Part shown: positions 8,544-17,734 of the stretch, in pieces
Numbering within the stretch: the stretch's first letter is position 1
Layout of the letters: each line of letters starts with the position of its first letter
Virus record (IMG/VR): IMGVR_UViG_3300044959_000414
Length of the DNA stretch: 29,729 bases
From: a virus
Lineage: Duplodnaviria; Caudoviricetes
Direction: 5' to 3' (one strand)
The notes under the pieces: model-generated
Databases searched by the model: none
Seen by the model: only the letters and a program-made list of their open reading frames with translations
Told to the model about the DNA's origin: nothing
Position numbers and translations under genes: made by a program

Positions 8544-8879
8544 TCACTGGTCCATGCGGACGCGCACGGTCGTGTCGTTGTCGCCGGCGGCTCGCACCGA
8601 CTTGCCGATCTGCTTGTTGCCGACCGCCGTGGCCGTGGCGACGTTGGCCGCGTCGTCCCAGTAGACCGTCGTGCCAGCGGCCAGCGCCGTGCCCACGCCA
8701 GTCGCCTTGGCGAAGTCGAACACGCCCTCGACGGCCAGCGCCCCGAGCTTGTTGGCCTTGATGTCGAGCTTGGCGACGCCCACCAGGTCGCCCTGCACGA
8801 CCACGTCGCCGGCGGCCACGTCGGCGGCCGGCGTGTAGTCGATGGACGCCCCCTCGTGGACGAAGATTGCCTGAGCCAT
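8544..8879 (-). CDS. DUF2190-family capsid cement or decoration protein (111 aa)
   Basis: MAQAIFVHEG-SIDYTP...VAAGDVVVQGDLVGVA...GALAVEGVFDFAK...VYWD family pattern directly after the capsid gene. GGAG RBS. Confidence 0.85.
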   Translation of the reverse strand: MAQAIFVHEGASIDYTPAADVAAGDVVVQGDLVGVAKLDIKANKLGALAVEGVFDFAKATGVGTALAAGTTVYWDDAANVATATAVGNKQIGKSVRAAGDNDTTVRVRMDQ

Positions 8880-8911
8880 GAGTCCGTCTCCTCCCTCTGG
8901 TGGTTGGTGCG

Positions 8912-10975
8912 TTACGCCCCGGCGCTCTTGACCGCGGCCCGGAAGTCCTGCATCGCCACGCCAAAGTCGAAGTAGCCGCGCCACTTCATCCCGAGCGTGT
9001 CGAAGTCCGTCTCGCCCGACTCGACCGTCGGCGTCCGCATGCCGCGCAGGTACGCGATCTCGATGGCCGCCACGTCGGCCGGGTTGGCGAACAGATACCA
9101 GGCGGTCGCGCTGCCGCCGGCGATCCCCTGCGAATTGAGGTACGGCGAGGCCAGCGGCTCCCACTTGCCGGCGTGCGGGTTGTTGGCCGGCTTGGGCTTG
9201 TCGGCGGTGGTCGTCTCGTTGACCCGCGTCTCGGTCATCAGCTGCTGGGCGGTGACCTTCAGCGAGGTCGGCACGAGCAGGATGGCCGGCGAGATCAGAA
9301 TCGGCTTGCCGTCCTTGTCGGTCTGATCCAAGAACAGCTGCTCGGCGGTCGTCAGCGAGCTGATCTGCAGCGCCGAGCTGGCCCCGGAGAAGAAGTTCTT
9401 GTTGGCCGCGCTGAAGAAGCCGCCGGGGTTGGACAGCAGCAGCGTGAACACGGCCGACTCGACCGCCAGGGCCGACTGCCGGCCCAGGATGCGCGGGATT
9501 TGCAGGAACGCCCCGAGGTCGTCGTTGATGATCATCTGCCGGGTCAGGGCGATGATCTTGCCGTAGGTATCGACCTGGTTCGTGTACGACTCCTCGGTGA
9601 GCTGAGCGTGCTTCAGCTCGCCGTCGGGGCCGACCTTCTCGAAGGTGCCCTGCCCGGTCATGCGGTAGCGCGTGACCTGCTTGAAGTCGTTCACGTCCGC
9701 CTGGGCGCAGATGCGGACGGCGACGCTCTCAACGGCGCTGTAGGCCTCCAAGAGCGCCTTGTTGGCGACGTTGGAGAGGATGCCCGACAGGCTGATAGTC
9801 GAGAAGCCGCCGGCGGCCGCGCGAAGGGCGCGGTCGGCCTCGAAGGCGGTGCGGATGGTGTCGTCGGTCATGCGGCCGGGCCGGGCGTGGCCGCCGGCCG
9901 CGTGGATAACGTGGTAGAACAGCTCGTGCAGGCCCATGCCCCGCAGGTCGCGGGACTGCGCCGCCTCGACGGTCTGCGGGCCGTACCAGGCCATGACCTT
10001 GGCCTCGGGCATCCGCACCGACAGGCACAGCGCCGCTTCGATGGCCGTCGCCGTGGGAGGCTTGCCGTTGGCCGTGTGGATGGCCGGGCCTTGCGGCCGG
10101 GAGGCCCGCAGCACTTCCAGCTCGGCCCGGGTCGCGTCCCAGCCTTCCTCGATTGCCTTGGCCTCGATCTCGGGGTGCTTGCCGCCGCAGACCTTGCGGA
10201 TCGCCGCGATCCGCTTGACCTCCGCCGCCGCCTCGGCGCGGATGGCGGTCGCGGGGTTCGGCGGGTCCTCGGGCGTGTTCTTCGTGCCAGCCTGGGCGTC
10301 GAATGCGGCCCGGAGGCTCTTGGTCTGCTGCTCGGTGAGCGTGTCGATGGCGAAGCCATGCGCCTCGAGCCACTGCGAGAAGTCCATGTCGGTCGCCTCC
10401 CCAGGTTGGTCTGCCGTCGCCGCGATCTGGGCCGAGGTGTTCTCGTCCGCGCCCAGCACGACGAAGCTGATCTCGCCCAGCGTCGCCCGCCGGGCGATGT
10501 TCACCGGGCCGGCGAACTCCCGGCCGTTGGCCTGCGCCGTCTTGCCCTCGGGCACGAACTCCACCTGCTCGGCACGCGCCCCGATGGACGCCTGCCAGGC
10601 GAAGCCCCGGTCGTTGAGGGCAATGACCTGCCGGGCCTTGGGTGAGTCGCCCATGACCTGGCCGGCGACGAGGAGCTGGTTGTTCATGACCGCGACGGAG
10701 TCGGTCTGCCCCATCACGAAGTCCACGTCGCGGGTGTGGTCGAGCAGGATCGGCCGGCGCTGGCGGCCGGCGTCGAGGCCGGCCAGGTCCACCACGACCG
10801 GGTAGCGCCAGCCGGCGAGCTGCATGGCCCCGCCGGTGTAGGCGGTCATCGTGAAGCGCCGCAGCTTTTGCGCGTCACCCTCGCCCGCGGTCGCCTCCAA
10901 CTCGACGGACGAGGCGAGCAAGTTCAGCGTGCGGGCCTCAGGCGGCTTGCTCTTCGAGTTCCGCTTCGTCGTCAT
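8912..10975 (-). CDS. Prohead protease-scaffold-major capsid fusion protein (687 aa)
   Basis: N-terminal protease-like motifs (AYTGG, PILLDH, WQASIG, EISFVVLGAD), helical scaffold segment, capsid region STISLSGILSNVANKALLEAY...TYGKIIALTRQMIINDDLGAF...DFGVAMQDFR. Confidence 0.9.
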   Translation of the reverse strand: MTTKRNSKSKPPEARTLNLLASSVELEATAGEGDAQKLRRFTMTAYTGGAMQLAGWRYPVVVDLAGLDAGRQRRPILLDHTRDVDFVMGQTDSVAVMNNQLLVAGQVMGDSPKARQVIALNDRGFAWQASIGARAEQVEFVPEGKTAQANGREFAGPVNIARRATLGEISFVVLGADENTSAQIAATADQPGEATDMDFSQWLEAHGFAIDTLTEQQTKSLRAAFDAQAGTKNTPEDPPNPATAIRAEAAAEVKRIAAIRKVCGGKHPEIEAKAIEEGWDATRAELEVLRASRPQGPAIHTANGKPPTATAIEAALCLSVRMPEAKVMAWYGPQTVEAAQSRDLRGMGLHELFYHVIHAAGGHARPGRMTDDTIRTAFEADRALRAAAGGFSTISLSGILSNVANKALLEAYSAVESVAVRICAQADVNDFKQVTRYRMTGQGTFEKVGPDGELKHAQLTEESYTNQVDTYGKIIALTRQMIINDDLGAFLQIPRILGRQSALAVESAVFTLLLSNPGGFFSAANKNFFSGASSALQISSLTTAEQLFLDQTDKDGKPILISPAILLVPTSLKVTAQQLMTETRVNETTTADKPKPANNPHAGKWEPLASPYLNSQGIAGGSATAWYLFANPADVAAIEIAYLRGMRTPTVESGETDFDTLGMKWRGYFDFGVAMQDFRAAVKSAGA

Positions 10976-12440
10976 CGGTCGGCTCCTCTTCCCCGTCCGG
11001 CCCCTGTTCGTCGTCCGGCTGCTCTTCGTCCGCCGGCGTCGGCTGCGCAGCCGGCGTCGTCAGCCCCAACTCCTGCATCAGCGCCAGCTCCTTGGCCCGC
11101 TGGCGGAGGGCCTCCTCCCAGTCCCGGCCCTGCTTGGCGTACTCGTGGGCCAAGGTGGTCGTGTGGTTGCCCAGTCGGGTTGCCTGGGCCGAGGCTTCCT
11201 TGGTCGGATCGACGTGCTCGTGCCCGTCCCAAAACCACTGGTGCGGCCAGTCGGCGATCAGCCCCAGGCCGGCGGGTAGGAGGTCGGGGATCAGAGCCGC
11301 CTCGTCGAACCAGGCGGCGAGAACACGGTCCAGCACGACGCACTCCAGGTGCGCCTGCTCGACGCGGATCGCCTTGAAGTAGGTCTGGTGGTCCAGCCGG
11401 CCGGAGGCGTAGTTGTAGCCCGACGAGTTTCCCGCCGCGACGTTGAACGGCATGTTCAGGCAGCGGGCGATCTCGTTGAGGATCTCCTTCTTGAACTCGG
11501 CGTAGGTGGTTGCCGGCTGCTCGGCCTGCAGCTGGCTCATCTTCCAGCCGCCCGGCATGGTCACCAGCGCCCGCTGCTCCAGCTCGATCGGCTCAAACGG
11601 CTCGGCCGCCTCCGCCTCGCCCCCGGCCGGCGCGTCGGTGTAGAGGATGCCGGCGAAGTCAGCGGCCGTCTCCGCGGCCGCGAGGACCGCCAGGGTGAAC
11701 CGGCGCAGCTGGGCGAAGAGCGGCAGGGCCGGCGTGATGTCCGGCACGCCGCGGGCCTGGCCGGGGCGGTCGGGCCGGAACCAGTGGACCACCGACGTGG
11801 CCGGTAGCCGGTCATAGTCGAGGAAGTAGCGCCGGCTCGTCTCGCCGGGGTGCTCCCGGAGCACGTGGTACTCGACCGGGTTGCCGGCCGTGTCGAAGAC
11901 GATCCCGTCGATGGCATTGGCGTCGAGGGCCAACAGGTCCGGCGTGCAGACCTGGTCGGCCTCGACGAGGCGCAGGTCGAGCTGCACGGGCGTCGGCAGC
12001 TTCGGGTTGCTGGTCAGGATGGCGAACGCCTCGCCGTCGTGGGCGCGGGTCATCCGCATGGTGCGCAGCTTGTCGGCCAGGCCGACCGCCTTCGACCAGG
12101 CTGCGAACGCTTGCTCGATCCGCCGGTTGGCCTCGGCGTCGTCCGTGAGCATCTGCAGCCGCGGCCCGGTGCCGATCACGTCGTTGGCCAGGGTCAGCAC
12201 GATCCCCCTGGCGTAGCTGTTGTTGGCGACCTCGTAACGCGCCCGGTTCCGCAGCACGCGCCGCACTTCGGCGCTGTTGGCGGCGTTGGCCGACAGTCCG
12301 TCCGCGTTCCCCCAGTGCCGGCGGTTGTCGTCGTTGGTCACCGCCGCGTCGTAGCGGGCGCGGATCACGCGCACCGCCCGGCCCCGAGCGGGCCGGGCCG
12401 GCTTGGCAGCGGCAAACAGGTTGGACAGCCAGCGGAACAC
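10938..12440 (-). CDS. Phage portal protein, lambda family (500 aa)
   Basis: LRNRARYEVANNSYARG, DGEAF, RPGQARGVP, YNYASGRLD and HVDPTKEA motifs of lambda gpB-like portals. Confidence 0.93.
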   Translation of the reverse strand: MFRWLSNLFAAAKPARPARGRAVRVIRARYDAAVTNDDNRRHWGNADGLSANAANSAEVRRVLRNRARYEVANNSYARGIVLTLANDVIGTGPRLQMLTDDAEANRRIEQAFAAWSKAVGLADKLRTMRMTRAHDGEAFAILTSNPKLPTPVQLDLRLVEADQVCTPDLLALDANAIDGIVFDTAGNPVEYHVLREHPGETSRRYFLDYDRLPATSVVHWFRPDRPGQARGVPDITPALPLFAQLRRFTLAVLAAAETAADFAGILYTDAPAGGEAEAAEPFEPIELEQRALVTMPGGWKMSQLQAEQPATTYAEFKKEILNEIARCLNMPFNVAAGNSSGYNYASGRLDHQTYFKAIRVEQAHLECVVLDRVLAAWFDEAALIPDLLPAGLGLIADWPHQWFWDGHEHVDPTKEASAQATRLGNHTTTLAHEYAKQGRDWEEALRQRAKELALMQELGLTTPAAQPTPADEEQPDDEQGPDGEEEPTDDDEAELEEQAA

Positions 12441-12638
12441 TCAGTTGACCCCCGGCGGCACGAACTTGTTGAAGCGCAGGCCGCGCTTCTTGTCCTTGGC
12501 GGCTTCCTTCGAGGCGAGGTAGCGGTCGGCCTCGATCTGGTCGGGGAGCGGGTGCTGCTCGACGCTGCCGGCATCGCCGGAGGCCTTCGCCGGCCCCTCG
12601 GCGTTCTTGCGGATTTCGTCTTCGAGGTCGTCGGCCAT
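12441..12638 (-). CDS. Head completion protein, gpW-like (65 aa)
   Basis: Small ORF abutting the portal start, in the position of lambda gpW. Confidence 0.6.
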   Translation of the reverse strand: MADDLEDEIRKNAEGPAKASGDAGSVEQHPLPDQIEADRYLASKEAAKDKKRGLRFNKFVPPGVN

Positions 12639-12668
12639 GTGCGTCGCTCCCGCGCGAAGCCCGGCGGT

Positions 12669-12717
12669 GGGCTTCTATCCGTGTACCTACCCGGTGCGGG
12701 AGCGAGTTGACGCAGGG
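12669..12717 (-). promoter_or_regulatory. 49-bp conserved promoter-like motif, copy 1 (head/tail operon)
   Basis: 40/49 ungapped identity to 23800-23848; about 30 bp upstream of ATG 12638. Confidence 0.7.
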
Positions 12718-12748
12718 AGTGAGGGAAAAACAGGAGATCGTGCTACAT

Positions 12749-12943
12749 CTAGCAATCCCGCCCGCGCGGCAGGGAAGGGACGGCCTCGAAGGTGATGACC
12801 TTGCGCCCGCAGTGGCGGCAGACCTTCCGCCGGCGGATGCGGCCATCGCGGAGCGGCTCGGTGTGCGTGGTGTGGAAATGCCGGCAGCCGCACCGGGGGC
12901 ATTGGATGCCCAAGTCTTCCCGCTTGGCCCGCGCCGCCTTCAT
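12749..12943 (-). CDS. Small C4 zinc-ribbon protein, Ogr/Delta- or NrdR-N-like (64 aa)
   Basis: CPRCG...RRRKVCRHCGRKVITFE; ATG overlaps the terminase stop (ATGA). Confidence 0.7.
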   Translation of the reverse strand: MKAARAKREDLGIQCPRCGCRHFHTTHTEPLRDGRIRRRKVCRHCGRKVITFEAVPSLPRGRDC

Positions 12944-15207
12944 CGCCGGCTCCTCCGCTGCATCGCGGCGAAGCTCACGCGCTCGCGCTTCGCGGGGGCG
13001 GTGCCGTCGGTGCCGAAGAGGACCGCACCCTGCATCGACGCCGCCACGGCGCAGCCCACCAGGCAATCCAGCCAGTGGTTATCGCCCCGCTCGGGGCGCT
13101 GCTTCCACTCGTCCACGGTGCGGCCGCGCCCCTCGGTCTTCACGCGATACTCGGCGGTCAGGTGCTCCGCGAAGAGCCGGTGCGCTTCGGGCTTGTCGCC
13201 GAAGAGCGACAGGCAGCCCCGGTCGCCCATCGGCACGGCCAGGCGGGCGTGGACGAAGGTCTTCCAGTAGTTGGTGTCGTAGAGCCCGTGGCGGACGGCC
13301 CGCTTGCCGTGGACGTTGGGGACTCGCCAGTTGTGCCCGACGCGGTCGCCCGGCCGGCGCTTGTACTCGCTGAACGGCTGGCTCGACGCGCCGACGAACC
13401 GGCCGTGGCTCGGCATGACCACCGAGGCGTGCGCCGACTGCCGGCAGAACTGGTAGACCACGTCCGTGGCCGAGCCCCAGTTGGCGTCGATCAGGCAGCG
13501 CTCGACCCGCAGCTCGGCCCCGTCGTCGCGCCGCCAGCCCCGGCCGAGAATGCTGACGGTCAGGGACTCCAGGCCGGCGTAGATTGCCCCCTCCAGGCCG
13601 CTCGCCCTGGTCGCCGCCGCGAGCGTGAGGCGGGCGTCGCGGAGAGTGAAGTACGGCCGCTTCTGGTCGGGGAAGGTGCCGTAGTCGAGGACGTAGCCGG
13701 TGAAATCGTCCTCCCAGGCAGCCACGACATAGAAGAGCAGGTTGGCCTGCACGTCGATGAACGCGGTCAGGTGGTTACAGCCGACCGGCACCTCGCCGCG
13801 CTTCATCCGGTTCAGCTTGCTGGCGATCTGGTCGGCCGTCAGCTCGTCGGCGTCGGCCGCCTCCTCGGGCAAGGGCTCGTTCTGGTACTCGGCGAAGAAG
13901 GCGGCCTCGTCCTGCAGCTTCAGGTTCATGGCGTGCTGCACGGCCGACAGCTCGTCGTGGTTGAACCGTTCCGGCCAGGCGACCACTGCCCCCTCGTCCA
14001 TCGCCGCGCGGTTGGCGCGGTAGAACGCCGTGGCCTCCTCGCCGGCGTTGCCCCGCCGCAGGCTGTCGGCGCGCAGCTCGGCGTACTGCTGCCAGAGCTT
14101 CTCGTTGGCGGGGAACGAGTAGACCATCTTGGTCCGCTCGCCGTTCCACTCCGGGTGCTTGTCCCGGTCGAGGATGTTGTCCGCCATGTCCCCCGGCCGG
14201 ATCACCGTGCAGGGCATGATGCCGCTGATTTTCTTGCCGGGTCCGGCCAGGCCGAGGACCGCGCCGGCCAGGATGCTTTCGCGCGTGGCGCACTGCGACA
14301 GGCTGCGGGCCGATTCGTCCGTCTGCGGGTCGTCGAGGACGACGAGCGTCGGCCGGACGGTCCGGCCGTCGGCCCGCTTGTACTTCATGCCCCGGATGCG
14401 GCCGGTGATCCCCGCGACCTTGATGATTGCGCCCGAAGCCTTGCTCTCCGGGATGGTGGGCAGCACGACCTCGCGGGCCGTCCAGCCGATGTGGGTGCGC
14501 TCGCCCTTGTAGAGCTGGCCGTTGCAGCGGTTGGCGATGCCGTCGAGGCACTGGATCGGGTAGACGACCTCGGGGAAGTCCTCCAAGAGCAGGTCGTTGC
14601 CGTCGAGTTCCATCTTGATGGAGTCGAGCATGTCCATCGCGTGCCCCTCGTCCGAGCCGATGAGGCACACGAACTCGCGGTGCCCGTAGAGCACCGCCCA
14701 GATGCAGGCGCACTCGCAGATCGTGCTCTTCCCCGAGCCGCGCGGCATCGCGAGCGCGAACAGGCCCCCGCGCAGCACGGCCTGCTCGATGCGGGCGATG
14801 ACCTTCAGGTGGTCGCGGGACCACGGCAGGTGGAAGGTGAGCGGGAAGTACGTCTCGCAGAAGAAACGGAAGTCAGACGCCGCCTTCGCCTTCCTCCCCG
14901 CGTTCACGACGGCCGGTAGCTCGCCGATGTCCCGGCCGGCCAGCGACAGGGCGATGTTGCGGGCGCGGGCGCGTCCCTTGAGGACCTCGTAGGGGTCGCC
15001 CACCGGCTCGGGCCTGGGGGCGTGCCGCAGTTGCACCAGCCAGGCGACGTAGCGCAACAGGTCCACGTGCCGGGCGTCGCCGATGCGCAGGCCGGCCCGG
15101 CTCCGATGGCGGTGGAGCTGCCGCTCGTTGATCACCTCGCCCAGCGGCGTGGAGTTCAGCAGGCGGCACAGCTCGCTCGGGCGCAGGCGCCGGGGGTCAA
15201 TCGCCAC
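12940..15207 (-). CDS. terL: Terminase large subunit, GpA-like, with N-terminal HTH extension (755 aa)
   Basis: Walker A MPRGSGKST, Walker B LVVLDD, nuclease motifs LTAFIDVQ, LIDANWG and NHWLDCLV; upstream of the portal. Confidence 0.9.
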   Translation of the reverse strand: MAIDPRRLRPSELCRLLNSTPLGEVINERQLHRHRSRAGLRIGDARHVDLLRYVAWLVQLRHAPRPEPVGDPYEVLKGRARARNIALSLAGRDIGELPAVVNAGRKAKAASDFRFFCETYFPLTFHLPWSRDHLKVIARIEQAVLRGGLFALAMPRGSGKSTICECACIWAVLYGHREFVCLIGSDEGHAMDMLDSIKMELDGNDLLLEDFPEVVYPIQCLDGIANRCNGQLYKGERTHIGWTAREVVLPTIPESKASGAIIKVAGITGRIRGMKYKRADGRTVRPTLVVLDDPQTDESARSLSQCATRESILAGAVLGLAGPGKKISGIMPCTVIRPGDMADNILDRDKHPEWNGERTKMVYSFPANEKLWQQYAELRADSLRRGNAGEEATAFYRANRAAMDEGAVVAWPERFNHDELSAVQHAMNLKLQDEAAFFAEYQNEPLPEEAADADELTADQIASKLNRMKRGEVPVGCNHLTAFIDVQANLLFYVVAAWEDDFTGYVLDYGTFPDQKRPYFTLRDARLTLAAATRASGLEGAIYAGLESLTVSILGRGWRRDDGAELRVERCLIDANWGSATDVVYQFCRQSAHASVVMPSHGRFVGASSQPFSEYKRRPGDRVGHNWRVPNVHGKRAVRHGLYDTNYWKTFVHARLAVPMGDRGCLSLFGDKPEAHRLFAEHLTAEYRVKTEGRGRTVDEWKQRPERGDNHWLDCLVGCAVAASMQGAVLFGTDGTAPAKRERVSFAAMQRRSRR

Positions 15208-15418
15208 TTGCCATCTCCCGTACCAGCCACGCCGCGTAGTGGACCAGGTTGATCGTCCCGTCCGCGTTCGCCGGTGCTCCCGCCTCGAGGTCCGCCTGGA
15301 GCATCTCCGGGGTCACGGGCTGACCCCCGACCTTCGTCAGCAGCCGGGCCGCGTTTGTCGGCGTCAGGGCGTTCGGGTTCAGGCCCGCGGCGGGCGTCGC
15401 TTCGCGGTTTTCGGCCAT
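15197..15418 (-). CDS. Small winged-HTH protein, putative terminase small subunit DNA-binding domain (73 aa)
   Basis: Overlaps the terL start. LTPTNAARLL...EAGAP...INLVHYAAWL resembles the lambda Nu1 N-terminal domain pattern. Confidence 0.6.
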   Translation of the reverse strand: MAENREATPAAGLNPNALTPTNAARLLTKVGGQPVTPEMLQADLEAGAPANADGTINLVHYAAWLVREMASGD

Positions 15419-15564
15419 GATTCCGCCCCCTGAAAAACCTGGAGAATTCCGGTCGAACTTGGCTTGCTGTCCTCCCGGAGCCCGAGGTAACTGTCCTGAC
15501 CTGACGTGGCCACGCGACTGTCGCGCGGCCGACCCACGACACCCCGCAACACGGGAGAAGACCG

Positions 15565-15978
15565 ATGTCCGCGAAGAAGACCCCCAAGACGAAGGCCCCG
15601 AAGACTGCCAAGGCGAAGAAGGCCCCGAAGGCCGACGCCGCGCAGGTCGAGCAGGTTCAGACGTCGGCCGCAGAGCCCACCCCCGAACCGGCCAAGGGGA
15701 AGGGCAAGCGGAAGGCCAAGGCGAAGGCCGAGCCCAAGGCCAGGAAGGTCAGCGCCCTGGACGCCGCCGCCAAGGTGCTGGGCGAGGCCGGCGGGGCGAT
15801 GAGCTGCAAGGAGATGATCGAGGCGATGGCGGCCAAGGGGTACTGGACCAGCCCCGGCGGCAAGACGCCCGACGCCACGCTCTACGCCGCGATCCTCCGC
15901 GAGATCACCGCCAAGGGGAAGGACGCCCGGTTCTACAAGGCCGACCGGGGCAAGTTCGCCCTCAACGGGGCGGCGTAG
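15565..15978 (+). CDS. Lys/Ala-rich winged-helix (HARE-HTH-like) DNA-binding protein (137 aa)
   Basis: Histone H1-like N-terminus, then [10 protein letters not shown]...[10 protein letters not shown]...[16 protein letters not shown]...RF...GKF. GGAG RBS. Only plausible plus-strand gene. Confidence 0.85.
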   Translation: MSAKKTPKTKAPKTAKAKKAPKADAAQVEQVQTSAAEPTPEPAKGKGKRKAKAKAEPKARKVSALDAAAKVLGEAGGAMSCKEMIEAMAAKGYWTSPGGKTPDATLYAAILREITAKGKDARFYKADRGKFALNGAA

Positions 15979-16006
15979 CCCCGCCCTTGGCCACCCGTTC
16001 GCCCAC

Positions 16007-16035
16007 GAGGCCCCCACGCGGGGCCTCTTCTCGTT
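16007..16035 (+). terminator. Intrinsic terminator between convergent genes
   Basis: GAGGCCCC-cacgc-GGGGCCTC 8-bp stem followed by TTCTCGTT. Confidence 0.6.
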
Positions 16036-16049
16036 GGCCGGGGTTCGGG

Positions 16050-16424
16050 TCAACTCGCCACCCCCGGCCCGACGTGGGCCAACGTGGGCGAACCGTGGGC
16101 CTCCTCCACGCCGAGGAACCGGACCGGCTTGCCCAGCTCCCGCGCGATCCGCACTTCCGCCTGCACCCCCGCGCTCTCCTTCCAGCCGTCCATCATCAGG
16201 ACCACGACCTCGTCACACCGCTCCAGGTGGGCACGGTCGTAGCGCTCCCAGAACCGCCAGTCGGTCGGCAGGCCGAACTCGACCAGCGGGTGGCTGTGCG
16301 CGATGGGCGAGAAGACCAACATCCCGGCCCGCAGGAACGCGGCGGCCAGGCGGCAGGCGGTACGGAAGCGCCGCTCGCGCACGGCCGGGTCGGGGTGCGA
16401 GTAGGGGCTGGCGAGGTAGATCAT
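16050..16424 (-). CDS. DUF1937-family / nucleoside 2-deoxyribosyltransferase-like protein (124 aa)
   Basis: MIYLASPYSH...VFSPIAHSH...CDEVVVL...GWKESAGVQAE..IARELGKPV; ATGA overlap with the methylase stop. Confidence 0.8.
   Translation of the reverse strand: MIYLASPYSHPDPAVRERRFRTACRLAAAFLRAGMLVFSPIAHSHPLVEFGLPTDWRFWERYDRAHLERCDEVVVLMMDGWKESAGVQAEVRIARELGKPVRFLGVEEAHGSPTLAHVGPGVAS
16070..16101. repeat. 32-bp phased repeat, copy A (three ACGTGGGC-like units, 10-bp period)
   Basis: 28/32 identical to 19614-19645. Confidence 0.7.
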
Positions 16425-17734
16425 GCCGGCACCCCCTCCGGCGCGGCGATCCGTTCCGCCTTGCGGCCGGTGAACTTCTCCCAGCGCTGGACGATCACGT
16501 CGCAGTAGAGCGGGTCCAGCTCCATCAGGAACGCCTTGCGCCCGGTCTGCTCTGCGCCGATGAGCGTCGAGCCGGACCCGCCGAACAGGTCCAACACGTG
16601 CTCGCCGGGCCGCGACGAATACTGGATCGCCCGGACGGCCAGCTCGACCGGCTTCTCGGTCAGGTGGACCATGTTCTGCGGGTTGACCTTCTTGACCGAC
16701 CAGACATCGACGGCGTTGTTGGGACCGAGGAAGACGTGGGCCGCGCCCTCGCGCCAGCCGTAGAAGCACCACTCGTGGTTGCCCATGAAGTCCTTCCGGG
16801 TGAGGACGGGGTGCTCCTTGACCCAGATGATCGCCTGCGAGAAGTACAGGCCCGCGGCCTTCAGCACCGGCGGGTAGTTGGCACAGTTGGCGTAGCCGCC
16901 CCAGATGTAGAAGCCCCGGCCCGGCTCCAGCACGCGGGCGAGGTTGCTGAACCAGGCGTGCAGCATCTGCTCGAACGCCTCGTCCGAAACGAAGTCGTTG
17001 GCCAGGGGCCGGTCCTTGGCCCGCAGCTTCTTGCCGGTCGGCCTGGCCTTCTCCGGGTGCCGGACCACGTCCATCTTCTGGTGATGCGTCGTCTCGAAGG
17101 AGGAGAGGCCGGCGGCGATGGCGTTGTTGCTCCGCGGCTCGACCTTCACGTTGTAAGGCGGGTCGGTGTTCACCAGGTGGATCGCCGCGCCTTCGAGCAG
17201 CCGGTCCACGTCCTCGGGCTTGCCGCTGTCGCCGCACAGCAGGCGGTGGTCGCCGAGGAGCCACAGGTCGCCGGGACGCGTGGTCGCCTCGTCGGGCGGC
17301 GCGGGCACCTCGTCAGGGTCGGTCAGCCCATCCTTGACGCCGGGGTCGAGCAGCCGGGCCAACTCGTCCTGGTCGAAGCCGAGCAGGCCCAGATCGTAGT
17401 TCATCCCCTGCAGTTCGCCCAGCTCGATGGGCAGCAGGTCGTAGTCCCAGTCGGACAGCTCGGCGCTCTTGTTATCGGCGATGCGGTAGGCCCGGATCTG
17501 CTCGGGCGTCAAGTCCGTGGCGACGTGGACCGGCACCTGCTCCAGCCCGAGCTTCAGCGCGGCCTTGTAGCGCGTGTGGCCGACGACGATGACGCCCTCG
17601 GCGTCCACCACGATCGGCTGGCGGAAGCCGAACGCGCGGATCGACGCGGCGACGGCCTCGACCGCGTCGTCGTTGAGGCGGGGGTTGTTGGCGTAAGGTT
17701 TGATCTCGGACAGCTTCCGCAGCTCGATCTTCAT
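16421..17734 (-). CDS. ParB-like N-terminal domain fused to N6/N4 DNA methyltransferase (437 aa)
   Basis: ParB/Srx motif (PY.NNPR...GFRQPIVVD...IVVGHTR); catalytic DPPY precedes SAM-binding DLFGGSGS (beta-class order); HLTEKPV motif. Confidence 0.92.
   Translation of the reverse strand: MKIELRKLSEIKPYANNPRLNDDAVEAVAASIRAFGFRQPIVVDAEGVIVVGHTRYKAALKLGLEQVPVHVATDLTPEQIRAYRIADNKSAELSDWDYDLLPIELGELQGMNYDLGLLGFDQDELARLLDPGVKDGLTDPDEVPAPPDEATTRPGDLWLLGDHRLLCGDSGKPEDVDRLLEGAAIHLVNTDPPYNVKVEPRSNNAIAAGLSSFETTHHQKMDVVRHPEKARPTGKKLRAKDRPLANDFVSDEAFEQMLHAWFSNLARVLEPGRGFYIWGGYANCANYPPVLKAAGLYFSQAIIWVKEHPVLTRKDFMGNHEWCFYGWREGAAHVFLGPNNAVDVWSVKKVNPQNMVHLTEKPVELAVRAIQYSSRPGEHVLDLFGGSGSTLIGAEQTGRKAFLMELDPLYCDVIVQRWEKFTGRKAERIAAPEGVPA

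Noticed and set aside
15459-15495. Possible sigma70 promoter (TTGCTG-N18-TAACTG) for the plus-strand wHTH gene
   Set aside because: Match to consensus is too weak to call from sequence alone.
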